Below the pieces are notes generated by a model, which was not told the DNA's origin, ran no database searches, and saw only the letters and a list, made by a program, of their open reading frames with translations. From Candidatus Parcubacteria bacterium (lineage in GTDB: Bacteria > Patescibacteriota > Minisyncoccia > UBA6257 > JAGOQP01), in contig AP024682.1 of the NCBI GenBank assembly GCA_025999395.1, positions 301,638 to 365,637 on the forward strand: a DNA stretch of 64,000 bases. Reading direction: 5' to 3'. A program made the translations under genes and the position numbers. This document shows, piece after piece, positions 30,351 through 39,473 of this stretch (the first letter of the stretch is position 1; the number at the start of each line of letters is the position of its first letter).

Positions 30351-31217
30351 ATGGCTAAAAGAGCTTTAAAGAATAATGTAAAAATCGGAGCTCATGTCTC
30401 TGTAAGTGGAGGATTTTTAATGGCTTTGGAAAGAGCTAAAGAAATGGGAGCTAACTGTATTCAGATTTTTGGAGCTTCTCCAGTGCGCTGGCAAGCTCTC
30501 TTGCCTTCCCTAAAAGAAGCAAAGGAATTTAAATCTTTAGCTCAAAAGTTGGAAATTCGTCCCATTTTTCTTCACGCTCCTTACTTAATTAATTTAGCAA
30601 GTGCTAATGAGAGATTAGCCAAAATTTCTACTCAGCTGTTAAAAAGGCATTTGGAAATCGCTAACTTTTTAGGAACTCAAGGAGTAATTTTTCATATTGG
30701 TTCCAAAGGTCAAAGGCCTCAAGCAGAAGCGGAGGAATTAGTGGCAAAAAACATTAAAGAGATTTTTTCTTTGGTAAAGGAAGGGTTTTTGTTGATAGAA
30801 AATAGCGCGGGAGCGGGAAATTTAGTGGGAGATACTTTAGAAGAAATAGGAAGAGTTATAGAAAAAGTAGCTAATCCTCGTTTGGGTTTTTGTTATGATA
30901 CTGCTCATGGATTTGAGGCGGGAGTTCTGGTTGATTTTTCCAATGATTCTTTAGATTCTTTTGTTGAAAAAGTAGAAAAATTAATTGGCTTAGAAAGATG
31001 GCTGGCGATTCATGCCAACGACAGCGCTACTGCTGCTTTTTCTAATAAAGATCGGCACGAAAATATCGGTCAAGGTTATTTAGGAAAAGAAGCTTTTTAT
31101 AAGATGCTTCATCATCCCGAATTTAGAAAAAGGCCTTTTATTTTGGAGGTGCCGGGCTTTGATGATCAAGGACCAGACAAGGAAAACATCGATATTTTAA
31201 AGAGTTTAGCTTATTAA
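30351..31217 (+). CDS. nfo: Endonuclease IV (apurinic/apyrimidinic endonuclease)
   Basis: AHVSVSGG, HAPYLINLAS, and His/Asp/Glu metal ligands spaced as in the Nfo TIM barrel. Confidence 0.85.
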   Translation: MAKRALKNNVKIGAHVSVSGGFLMALERAKEMGANCIQIFGASPVRWQALLPSLKEAKEFKSLAQKLEIRPIFLHAPYLINLASANERLAKISTQLLKRHLEIANFLGTQGVIFHIGSKGQRPQAEAEELVAKNIKEIFSLVKEGFLLIENSAGAGNLVGDTLEEIGRVIEKVANPRLGFCYDTAHGFEAGVLVDFSNDSLDSFVEKVEKLIGLERWLAIHANDSATAAFSNKDRHENIGQGYLGKEAFYKMLHHPEFRKRPFILEVPGFDDQGPDKENIDILKSLAY

Positions 31218-31252
31218 TTTGCTTGAGTTTATTTTTAATTTAAAAGCGGGGT

Positions 31253-31660
31253 ATGTATAAAATCCTTCCTCATACGGCTGATGTAAGGATTTTAGTCTCC
31301 TCTTCAAAAGTTGAGGGACTTTTTAAAGAAGCTTTGAAGGGGTTAGCAGAAATTCTTTCTCCTTTTTGGAAAGAAAGAAAAAGAAAAAAAATTCTTGGAA
31401 AAATTAAGATTTCTTCTTTAAATGAAACGACTCTTTTGATTGATTTTCTTTCAGAGGTTCTTTTAAATTCCTACGCTAAGAAAGCAGTTTTTAAAAAAGT
31501 TGATTTTAAGGAATTTAGAAATAATTTTTTGGAAGCAGAAATTGAAGGTTGGCTGGTGGATGGTTTTAGAAAAGATATTAAAGCCATCACTTATCATGAA
31601 GCCAAAATTAGCCGAGATAAAAAAGGGAGATTTGAAACGGTTATCGTTTGTGATATATAG
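31253..31660 (+). CDS. Archease
   Basis: 135 aa. N-terminal ILPHTADV and C-terminal KAITYHEAKI. Sits immediately upstream of rtcB, the conserved pairing. Confidence 0.8.
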   Translation: MYKILPHTADVRILVSSSKVEGLFKEALKGLAEILSPFWKERKRKKILGKIKISSLNETTLLIDFLSEVLLNSYAKKAVFKKVDFKEFRNNFLEAEIEGWLVDGFRKDIKAITYHEAKISRDKKGRFETVIVCDI

Positions 31661-31689
31661 AAAATATAATTAAAGTTTTTGAATGATTT

Positions 31690-33135
31690 ATGGACTTGAA
31701 GTTTTTAGAAAAAATTTCTGATTATATTTGGGAAATTCCTCAAAGCTTTTCTCCTCGAATGCTGGTGCCGGCAAGGGTTTTTGCTAATCGGCCAATGTTG
31801 GAAAAAATTTCCTCGGATCGTTCTTTAGATCAATTGGTAAATGTAGCAACTTTGCCGGGAATAAAAAAGTATGCTTTAGCAATGCCGGATGCTCATGAAG
31901 GTTATGGGTTTCCGGTAGGAGGGGTGGCGGCTATTTCTTATTCTGAGGGAGTAATTTCTCCAGGAGGAATCGGTTATGATATTAATTGCGGAGTGCGTTT
32001 ACTTTTAACACCGCTGGATTTTTCGCAGGTAAAAAATAGTTTAGAGCGTCTCGCAAAAGAGCTTTACAAAAATATTCCTTCAGGAGTAGGAAGAGGAGGA
32101 AAGATAAAATTATCCAAAAAAGAATTCGATGAAGTTTTAAATGAGGGAGTTCCCAAAGTGATTAAATGGGGCTACGGTTTAGAAAGTGATCTTGATTTTA
32201 TTGAGTCTCGAGGTTTTCTTAAGGAGGCCGAGGCTTTCTGCGTCTCTGAAGTGGCGAAAAGAAGAGGTTTTGATCAATTAGGAACCATGGGAGCAGGAAA
32301 TCATTTTGTAGAGGTGGGCAGAGTAGAAAAAATTTTTGATAAAGAAAAAGCTCGAATTTTTGGTTTAAAAGAAGATCAGGTGACTATTTTAATTCATACG
32401 GGTTCGCGAGGATTAGGTCATCAAGTGGCCACTGATTATATTCGGGAAATGATTAGAGTTTTGGAAAAATATAAAATTAATCTCAACGATTTGGAATTAG
32501 CTTGTGCTCCCTTTAATTCTCCAGAGGGAAAAAACTACTTTAAGGCAATGTCAGCAGCGGCTAACTTTGCTTGGTCTAACCGGCAAGTAATCACTCATTT
32601 AGTAAGAAATGTATTGGTTGAAATGTTTGATTTAGATTACGAAGAAGTAAAAATTCTTTATGATGTTGCTCACAATATTGCTAAAATTGAGGAGTACTCA
32701 TTAGAAAACGAAAAAAAGGAAAAGTTTATTATTCACCGCAAAGGAGCTACTCGAGCTTTTGGTCCGGGCAATAAAGAGATTCCTTCTTTTTACCAAGAAA
32801 CTGGTCAGCCAGTAATTATTCCGGGAAGCATGGGAACCGCCTCCTATGTTTTAGCGGGAACAAAAAAGTCAGAAGAAGTTTCTTTTGGCTCAACTTGCCA
32901 TGGAGCTGGCCGAATGATGTCTCGGCACGCTGCTAAAAAAACAGTTTCCGGAAAAAAAATTAAAGACGAGCTAAGGAAAGAGGGGATTTTTTTAGAAGCC
33001 GGATCTTTATCGGGAATCGCCGAAGAAGCTCCCTTAGCTTATAAAGATGTTGATCAAGTAGTGGAGGTAGTAGAAAAGGTGGGCATTGCTTTAAGGGTAG
33101 CAAGGTTAAAACCAATAGCGGTAGTCAAAGGTTAA
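31690..33135 (+). CDS. rtcB: RNA-splicing ligase RtcB
   Basis: 481 aa. Has GYDINCGVR, GAGNHFVEV, HNIAKIEEY and CHGAGR motifs. Confidence 0.9.
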   Translation: MDLKFLEKISDYIWEIPQSFSPRMLVPARVFANRPMLEKISSDRSLDQLVNVATLPGIKKYALAMPDAHEGYGFPVGGVAAISYSEGVISPGGIGYDINCGVRLLLTPLDFSQVKNSLERLAKELYKNIPSGVGRGGKIKLSKKEFDEVLNEGVPKVIKWGYGLESDLDFIESRGFLKEAEAFCVSEVAKRRGFDQLGTMGAGNHFVEVGRVEKIFDKEKARIFGLKEDQVTILIHTGSRGLGHQVATDYIREMIRVLEKYKINLNDLELACAPFNSPEGKNYFKAMSAAANFAWSNRQVITHLVRNVLVEMFDLDYEEVKILYDVAHNIAKIEEYSLENEKKEKFIIHRKGATRAFGPGNKEIPSFYQETGQPVIIPGSMGTASYVLAGTKKSEEVSFGSTCHGAGRMMSRHAAKKTVSGKKIKDELRKEGIFLEAGSLSGIAEEAPLAYKDVDQVVEVVEKVGIALRVARLKPIAVVKG

Positions 33136-33326
33136 GAGAGAGTTGAAAAAAAGGTAAAATTTTGCTTGGATTTAAAGGGAGTTTCTCTAATTTTCTTCTT
33201 TTTGAGAAATCAATTTTATGATGGTCTATGAACAAAAAGAAGAAGATTGTAAGAAAAAAACACGCTAAAAAGGCTGGCAAGACAATTAGGTCTTTGCGCT
33301 ATCGATGATTAATATTTGTTTTTTAA

Positions 33327-34022
33327 ATGAAAATTAAAGCCACTTCAAAAACAAAACCGTTGGCTATCTTTGACATTGATGGAACTATTTTTAGAAGTTC
33401 TCTAACAGTAGAATTAACTTGGGCGTTAGTAGATTACGGAATTTTTCCTCCTATTGTAAAAAAAGAAATAGAACACTACTATTTGCGTTGGGTTAATCGA
33501 AAAGGAAGTTATGAAGATTATATTAATCAAGTAGTTAAAACCTTTAATAAAAGAATCGAAGGCTGTTTGGTGAAGGATGTTTGTAAGGTTAGCGAGATTG
33601 TTATTAAAGAGCAAAAAGATAAAGTCTATCGATTTAGTCGAGATTTAATTCAGCGTCTAAAGAAGACTCACATTTTAGTAGCTCTCTCAGGTTCTCCTTT
33701 GGAGATTGTGAAAATTTTTGCCAAAAAATGGGGTTTTCAGATATATTTCGGTACTTATTATTTCTCTTCGCAGGGAAAATACAGCGGAGAGATCAAGCCT
33801 ATTCTTAATGATAAGGGAAAGATTATTCTTGATTTAAAAGAAAAAATGGGCTGGAGTTTAAAAAAATCAATTGGGGTGGGAGATACTGAAACTGATGCTA
33901 AATTTTTAGAATTAGTTGAGAAACCGATTTGTTTTAATCCTAACCAAAAGCTTTACAATTTAGCTAAAAAGTTTGGCTGGCAAGTGGTGGTAGAAAGAAA
34001 AGATGTCATTTATTATTTGTAG
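33327..34022 (+). CDS. HAD-superfamily hydrolase (subfamily IB-like)
   Basis: Motif I IFDIDGTIF and a C-terminal GDTETD (motif IV). Confidence 0.7.
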   Translation: MKIKATSKTKPLAIFDIDGTIFRSSLTVELTWALVDYGIFPPIVKKEIEHYYLRWVNRKGSYEDYINQVVKTFNKRIEGCLVKDVCKVSEIVIKEQKDKVYRFSRDLIQRLKKTHILVALSGSPLEIVKIFAKKWGFQIYFGTYYFSSQGKYSGEIKPILNDKGKIILDLKEKMGWSLKKSIGVGDTETDAKFLELVEKPICFNPNQKLYNLAKKFGWQVVVERKDVIYYL

Positions 34023-34038
34023 TTAGACTATCTTTATT

Positions 34039-35883
34039 TTGAGTATGTGTGGGATTGTTGGTTATGTTGGTAAAAGAGAAGCTCTGCCCATTCTTCTTGA
34101 TGGAATTAAAAATCTTGAATATCGAGGTTATGATTCGGCTGGCATTTTAGTTGTTGATTCTAAAGGAAAACTTTCTTTAGCTAAAAGCGTCGGGAAAATT
34201 TCTAATCTTGAGAAAAAAATAACCAACCAAAATTTTTCTGGTTCTTGGGGGATAGTTCACTCGCGCTGGGCAACTCATGGAGGAGTAACAGAGGCTAATG
34301 CTCACCCTCATTGTGATTGTTCTAAAAATATTTGGTTGGTTCACAATGGTATTATAGAAAACTTCCAAGAGTTGAAGGAAGCTTTATTAAAAAGGGGTCA
34401 TCACTTTCGCTCTCAAACGGATACCGAGGTAATTGCTCACTTAATTGAAGAAATAAAAAAAGAAAAAGGCCTTTCTCTAAAAGAAGCGGTGCCTTTGGCT
34501 TTGAAAAAGATTCAAGGAACTTACGGTTTAGTAATTTTGGATAGAAGAGAGCCTCATCTTTTGGTGGCGGCTCGTAATTTTAGCCCCTTGCTTATTGGTG
34601 TTGGAAATCAGGAAAATATTGTTGCCTCAGATGTAGCAGCCATTCTTTCTCATACTCGAAAAGTAGTTTACTTGAATGATAGAGAATACGCTCTTATTAC
34701 TCCTCAGGATTTTGAAATTTTTAATTTAGATAGTCAGCCTATTTCTTGGAGAGTTCAGGAAATTGATTGGGATTTAAAGGCGGCTAAAAAGGAAGGCTTT
34801 CCTCATTTTATGCTAAAGGAGATTTTTTCTCAGCCTCAATCTTTAGAAGATTCTTTAAGGGGAAGGCTTTTAATTGAAGAAGGAAATGCTAAGTTGGGAG
34901 GATTAGAAAGAATCAAAGAAACCTTAAGAAAGATAAATCGTCTTTATTTAGTTGGTTGTGGAACTGCTTACTTTGCTGCTAAGGTAGGGGAATATATGCT
35001 AGAAGAATATGCTCAAATTCCTACCAAAGCAGAAATTGGTTCTGAGTTTAGATACAAAAAACCCGTTTTTTTAAAAGGTGATGCTTTGGTAGCAATTTCT
35101 CAATCAGGGGAAACCGCTGATACTTTAGCAGCGGTAAGAGAGGCTAAAGAAAAAGGCGTGCTTACCTTAGGAATTGTTAATGTGGTAGGATCCTCAATTG
35201 CTCGTCAAACAGACGCAGGAGTTTATCAACACATTGGCCCAGAGATTAGTGTAGCTTCTACTAAAGCTTTTACTTCTCAGATAGCTATTTTGGCACTGCT
35301 AACTCTTTTTTTAGGAAGACAAAGAAATCTTTCTTTGGTAATGGGTAAAAGAATTGCTCAAGAATTATCGAAAATTCCTTCTTTAGTGAAAAAAGTTTTA
35401 AGCCAAGCTGATTTAATAAAAAATTTAGCTAATAAATATGCTGGCTATAAGAACTTTCTTTTTTTAGGGAGAAAATACAATTTTCCTGTGGCTTGTGAGG
35501 GAGCTTTAAAATTAAAAGAAATTTCTTATGTTCATGCTGAAGGTATCGGATCAGGAGAGATGAAACACGGAACCATTGCTATGATTGATAAAAATTTCCC
35601 TTCAATTGTTCTTGCTTTTCAAGATTCAGTTTATGAAAAAAATCTTTCTAATATTCAGGAAATTAAAGCTCGTCAAGGAAAGGTAATAGCCTTAGCTACT
35701 CAAGGCGACAAAAAAATAAAGAAAATAGCTGACGATGTTATTTATTTACCTAAAACTTTAGAGATGTTAATGCCTATTTTAGCCGTTATTCCTCTTCAGT
35801 TGTTTGCTTATTATTTTGCTGTTTTAAAAGGTCTGGACGTTGATCATCCAAGAAATTTAGCTAAATCAGTTACTGTAGAATAA
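34039..35883 (+). CDS. glmS: Glutamine--fructose-6-phosphate aminotransferase
   Basis: N-terminal nucleophile MCGIVGY, two SIS domains, and a C-terminal end VTVE. Confidence 0.95.
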   Translation: MSMCGIVGYVGKREALPILLDGIKNLEYRGYDSAGILVVDSKGKLSLAKSVGKISNLEKKITNQNFSGSWGIVHSRWATHGGVTEANAHPHCDCSKNIWLVHNGIIENFQELKEALLKRGHHFRSQTDTEVIAHLIEEIKKEKGLSLKEAVPLALKKIQGTYGLVILDRREPHLLVAARNFSPLLIGVGNQENIVASDVAAILSHTRKVVYLNDREYALITPQDFEIFNLDSQPISWRVQEIDWDLKAAKKEGFPHFMLKEIFSQPQSLEDSLRGRLLIEEGNAKLGGLERIKETLRKINRLYLVGCGTAYFAAKVGEYMLEEYAQIPTKAEIGSEFRYKKPVFLKGDALVAISQSGETADTLAAVREAKEKGVLTLGIVNVVGSSIARQTDAGVYQHIGPEISVASTKAFTSQIAILALLTLFLGRQRNLSLVMGKRIAQELSKIPSLVKKVLSQADLIKNLANKYAGYKNFLFLGRKYNFPVACEGALKLKEISYVHAEGIGSGEMKHGTIAMIDKNFPSIVLAFQDSVYEKNLSNIQEIKARQGKVIALATQGDKKIKKIADDVIYLPKTLEMLMPILAVIPLQLFAYYFAVLKGLDVDHPRNLAKSVTVE

Positions 35884-35896
35884 TTAATTTTTTCTT

Positions 35897-36568
35897 ATGC
35901 TTTATATTGTTTCTACTCCCATTGGTAATTTAAAAGATATTTCTCAGCGCGCTTTGGAAGTTTTGGAAAAAGTAAAGGTTATTATTGCCGAAAGCCCTTC
36001 GGATTCCTTGGTTTTATTAAGAGCTTATAATCTTTTGGGTAAGAAAATTATCAAATATAACGACAAAAACAAACATCGAATAACGGAAAGAATTTTAGAA
36101 ATTTTATCGAAAGAAGATGCAGCTTATATTACTTCGGCTGGTACTCCTACGATTAGTGATCCGGGAGCAGATTTAGTAAGAGCGGCTCGAGAAAAAAAGA
36201 TAGAAATCAGAATAATTCCCGGTCCCTCAGCCTTAATAAGTGCCTTGGCGGCTTCAGGAATTAGAGCTAGAGAATTTACTTTTGTGAGCTTTTGCCCTCG
36301 AAAAAAAGGGCAATTGAAAAATTTCTTTACTCGTTTTCAAGAACAAGAAAGTGTTTTGGTTTTTTTTGAATCTCCTTTTCGGATTCTTAAAACTCTGGAG
36401 GTTTTAAAAGAAGTAGCTCCTTCTTGTTATTTATGTGTTGCCAAAGAAATGACAAAAATTTTTGAAAATTATTTTTGTGGCTCTCCCGAAGAAGTTTTAG
36501 CTCAAATTAATCAATCTCCTAAAAATTTAAAGGGGGAATTTAGTGTAGTAGTTGATTTTAGAAAATAA
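35897..36568 (+). CDS. rsmI: 16S rRNA (cytidine1402-2'-O)-methyltransferase
   Basis: LYIVSTPIGNLKDISQRALEVL and the tetrapyrrole-methylase-like fold pattern. Confidence 0.85.
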   Translation: MLYIVSTPIGNLKDISQRALEVLEKVKVIIAESPSDSLVLLRAYNLLGKKIIKYNDKNKHRITERILEILSKEDAAYITSAGTPTISDPGADLVRAAREKKIEIRIIPGPSALISALAASGIRAREFTFVSFCPRKKGQLKNFFTRFQEQESVLVFFESPFRILKTLEVLKEVAPSCYLCVAKEMTKIFENYFCGSPEEVLAQINQSPKNLKGEFSVVVDFRK

Positions 36569-37621
36569 GCATTCCATCTCCAAACGAAAAGAAGCGAAAT
36601 CTTTCTTTGATGGCAATTTGATAAAGTTTAAGTAAATTTTTCCTTCCTACTAAAGCCGCTACTAACATTAGAAGGCTAGAACGAGGAAGATGAAAATTAG
36701 TGATTAAACCATCAATAAATTTAAAACGATAGCCTTCTTTAATAAAAAGTCGACTGTAACCGTGAGTTTTTATAATTTTTTCCCCAGTAGCGGCACTTTC
36801 TAAAGCTCGAACAACTGTAGTTCCCACAGCGATAATGGGCTTTTGTTCTTTTTTAGCTTGATTAAGAAATTGAGCGGTTTTTTTATCAATTTCATACCAT
36901 TCTGGGTGAAGTTGGTTTTTCTTGAGATTTTCTTCGCTTAAGGGAGCAAAGGTCCCCAGTCCAACATGTAAAGTAAGATAAGCTATTTTGTGGCCTGATT
37001 TTTTTAATTTTTTTAAAAGTCTTTTTGTGAAATGAAGAGAAGCGGTGGGAGCAGCTACAGATCCGATTTTTTGAGCAAAGACTGTTTGATATTTTTCTCT
37101 AAGTTCTTTTTCGGAAAGGGGAGGGTTTTTTTATTATAAGGAGGTAGAGGAGTATGGCCGTATTTTTCTAAGATTTTTAAAATATCCAAGGAGGAACGAG
37201 AATTAATTCTCAGAGAGTAGATCTTTTCTTTTTGACTAATAACAGTAAAAGAAATTTTGGAGTTTAAAAAAAGTTTGGTGCCTATTTTTAGCTTTTTGTT
37301 GGCTAAGGCTTCTATTTTTTTTACCCGGTTTTATCTTTTTTGAGGTAAAGAAGAGCTACTCTCCCTCCCGTTTCTTTTTTTAAGAAAAAGTCGGGCAGGA
37401 ATAACTTTAGTTTTATTGAAAAACCAACACTGAATTGAGGAGGGAGATATTTATTTAAATTTTTTAAAAGTGGTCTAAAAAAACATTTCTACCTTCTTGA
37501 GGAGATTTTTTTATCTTTTTTTGTAAACAAGAAGCCGTGCTTGATCGCGAGGGCGGCTGGGCTCTTGAGCAATCAATTCTTTGGGAAGAAAATAGTCATA
37601 CTTCTTTAAAATTTTTTTCAA
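36558..37621 (-). pseudogene. queA: S-adenosylmethionine:tRNA ribosyltransferase-isomerase QueA, disrupted by multiple frameshifts
   Basis: The C-terminal 89-aa ORF carries VGTTVVRALES, LITNFHLPRSSLLMLVAA and YRFFSFGDGMLIF. Upstream QueA-like segments (N-terminal [13 protein letters not shown], middle LTLHVGLGTFAPL) occur in other frames, separated by stops at A/T homopolymer runs. Confidence 0.7.
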
Positions 37622-37840
37622 TTTCCATAATTTTTATAAATTTCCTTTCTTTATTTCCTTTCTAATTTTTTCAAGATATTTATTAAAAAAATAAAGATTA
37701 TGAAAAGTAAGAAGAGAAAGGGCGGTTATTTCTTTAGCTTTTAGCAGATGGCAAATATAGCTGCGGCTGTAGTTCTGGCAAAACAAAGCAGTTACAATAT
37801 TTGTCTAAGGGTTTGTTTTCTTTTAAATATTTTCTTTTGT

Positions 37841-38839
37841 TTAAAATCTATTTTTATTTTTTCTCATGGAAAGACCAGCTCCTTTTAAGTTTTCAGGAAT
37901 TTTTCCTACAAAAGCATAGCCATGGCGAGCATAATGAGTGGGGACGATACAATCAAAAGTATCCACTCCTTCTTTAACGGCTAAAAGGATATCTTCTAAA
38001 TGACCAATTCCTAAGAGATGGCGAGGTTTGTTTGAGGGAAGTTCGTTGATGGTAACTTTAAGAATTGCCCTCATTGATTTTTTATCAATCCCAAATTCTC
38101 CGCCGATTCCAAAGCCATCAAAATCTAGCGAACCAATAAAGTTAGCGCTTGTTTTTCTCAAGTCTTTATATTTTCCTCCCTGAACAATACCAAAAAGAGC
38201 TTGGTTGGTTTTTTTGGTTTTTAAAGCAAATTTTTGCCCAAGTGTGAGTTCTCTCTAAGGCTTTTTGATTGTAATAATAATCCGCCAAGGGAGAAGGACA
38301 TTCATCAAAAGCAAAAATAATATCGGCGCCTAGTTTTTCTTGAATTCTTATTGATTCTTGAGGGCCAATGAAAATTTCTTTTCCATCTAAGGGTGATTGA
38401 AAATAAACTCCTTGATTTGTAATTTTAATTTTTTTGAGGTTTGTGAAAAACAGTGATTTTTTGGAGAGAAGATTTATGAGAGGGAATTTTGATTTTTTAA
38501 GCACCTTTCCCGTTTCATAATCTCTTCCAAAACCAAAACTAAAAACTTGAAAGCCAGCAGAATCAGTCATTAAAGGTTTGGGCCAGTTCATAAATTTGTG
38601 CAGCCCGCCGTTTTTTTTTGATAATTTCTTCTCCCGGCTTTAGATGAAGATGAAAAGTGTTAGCAATAAGAATTTGAGTACCTGTTTCTCGGACTCTTAA
38701 GCTGTCTAAGGTTTTTACTGTGGCTTGAGTGGCTACGGGAACAAAAGCTGGAGTTTCTACTTCTCCGTGAGGAGTTTTAATAACTCCTAATCGAGCAGAA
38801 GAATTTTTTGACTTTTTTTAGTACTCGAAAGCTAATCAT
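37841..38839 (-). pseudogene. tgt: Queuine tRNA-ribosyltransferase Tgt, split by at least two frameshifts/stops
   Basis: N-terminal segment (about 38839-38610) RLGVIKTPHGEVETPAFVPVATQATVK. Middle ORF MTDSAGFQVFS...FAFDECP. C-terminal ORF HLLGIGHLEDILLAVKEGVDTFDCIVPT. The three pieces lie in different frames, with a poly-A run at the first break. Confidence 0.7.
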
Positions 38840-38917
38840 AAAGATGTTTTTTTATTAAAAATCAATTATAATGAGGATTATCTTAAATGCCAAGTTTTAG
38901 AATTAAAAAATTTTAAC

Positions 38918-39473
38918 ATGACGCGCCAAGAAGCCTTAAAAATTTTAGACGAGTGGGTAAAAAATCCCAATCTTAAAAAAACATATGCTGGCAGTTGCCA
39001 ATGCTATGGCTTATTATGCAAAAAAGTTTAACGAGGATGTAGAAAAATGGTACGTTACAGGATTGCTTCATGATTTGGATTATGAAAAATATCCCCATCC
39101 TCAAGAAGGCGGTCATCCTTACAAGGCGATTGAGTTTTTGAAAGACAAATTAGATGAAGAGTCTTTGAAAGCTATTTTAGCTCACGCTTCTTACACTGGA
39201 GCACCGCGGGAGAGTTTGATGGCAAAAACGCTTTTTGCGGTTGATGAGTTGGTTGGATTTATTGTGGCAGTAGCTTTAATCAAACCTGATAAATCTTTAA
39301 ACTCGGTTGATGTCGAGTCGGTTAAAAAAAGATTTAAGGAAAAAAGATTTGCGGCTGGAGTAAATCGCGAAGAAATTTTTCAGGGAGCGGCGGAATTAGG
39401 AATAGGATTGGAAGAACACATTCAAAATGTAATCAATTCAATGAAAGAAATTTCTAATCAGTTAGGGATTTAG
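38918..39473 (+). CDS. HD-domain phosphohydrolase (YqeK/HDIG-like) with an N-terminal frameshift at an A7 run
   Basis: The intact ORF 38985..39473 carries the HDLDY motif. The expected N-terminus MTRQEALKILDEWVKNPNLKK is in a different frame, starting at 38918 and joined across cttaaaaaaacat. Confidence 0.6.
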
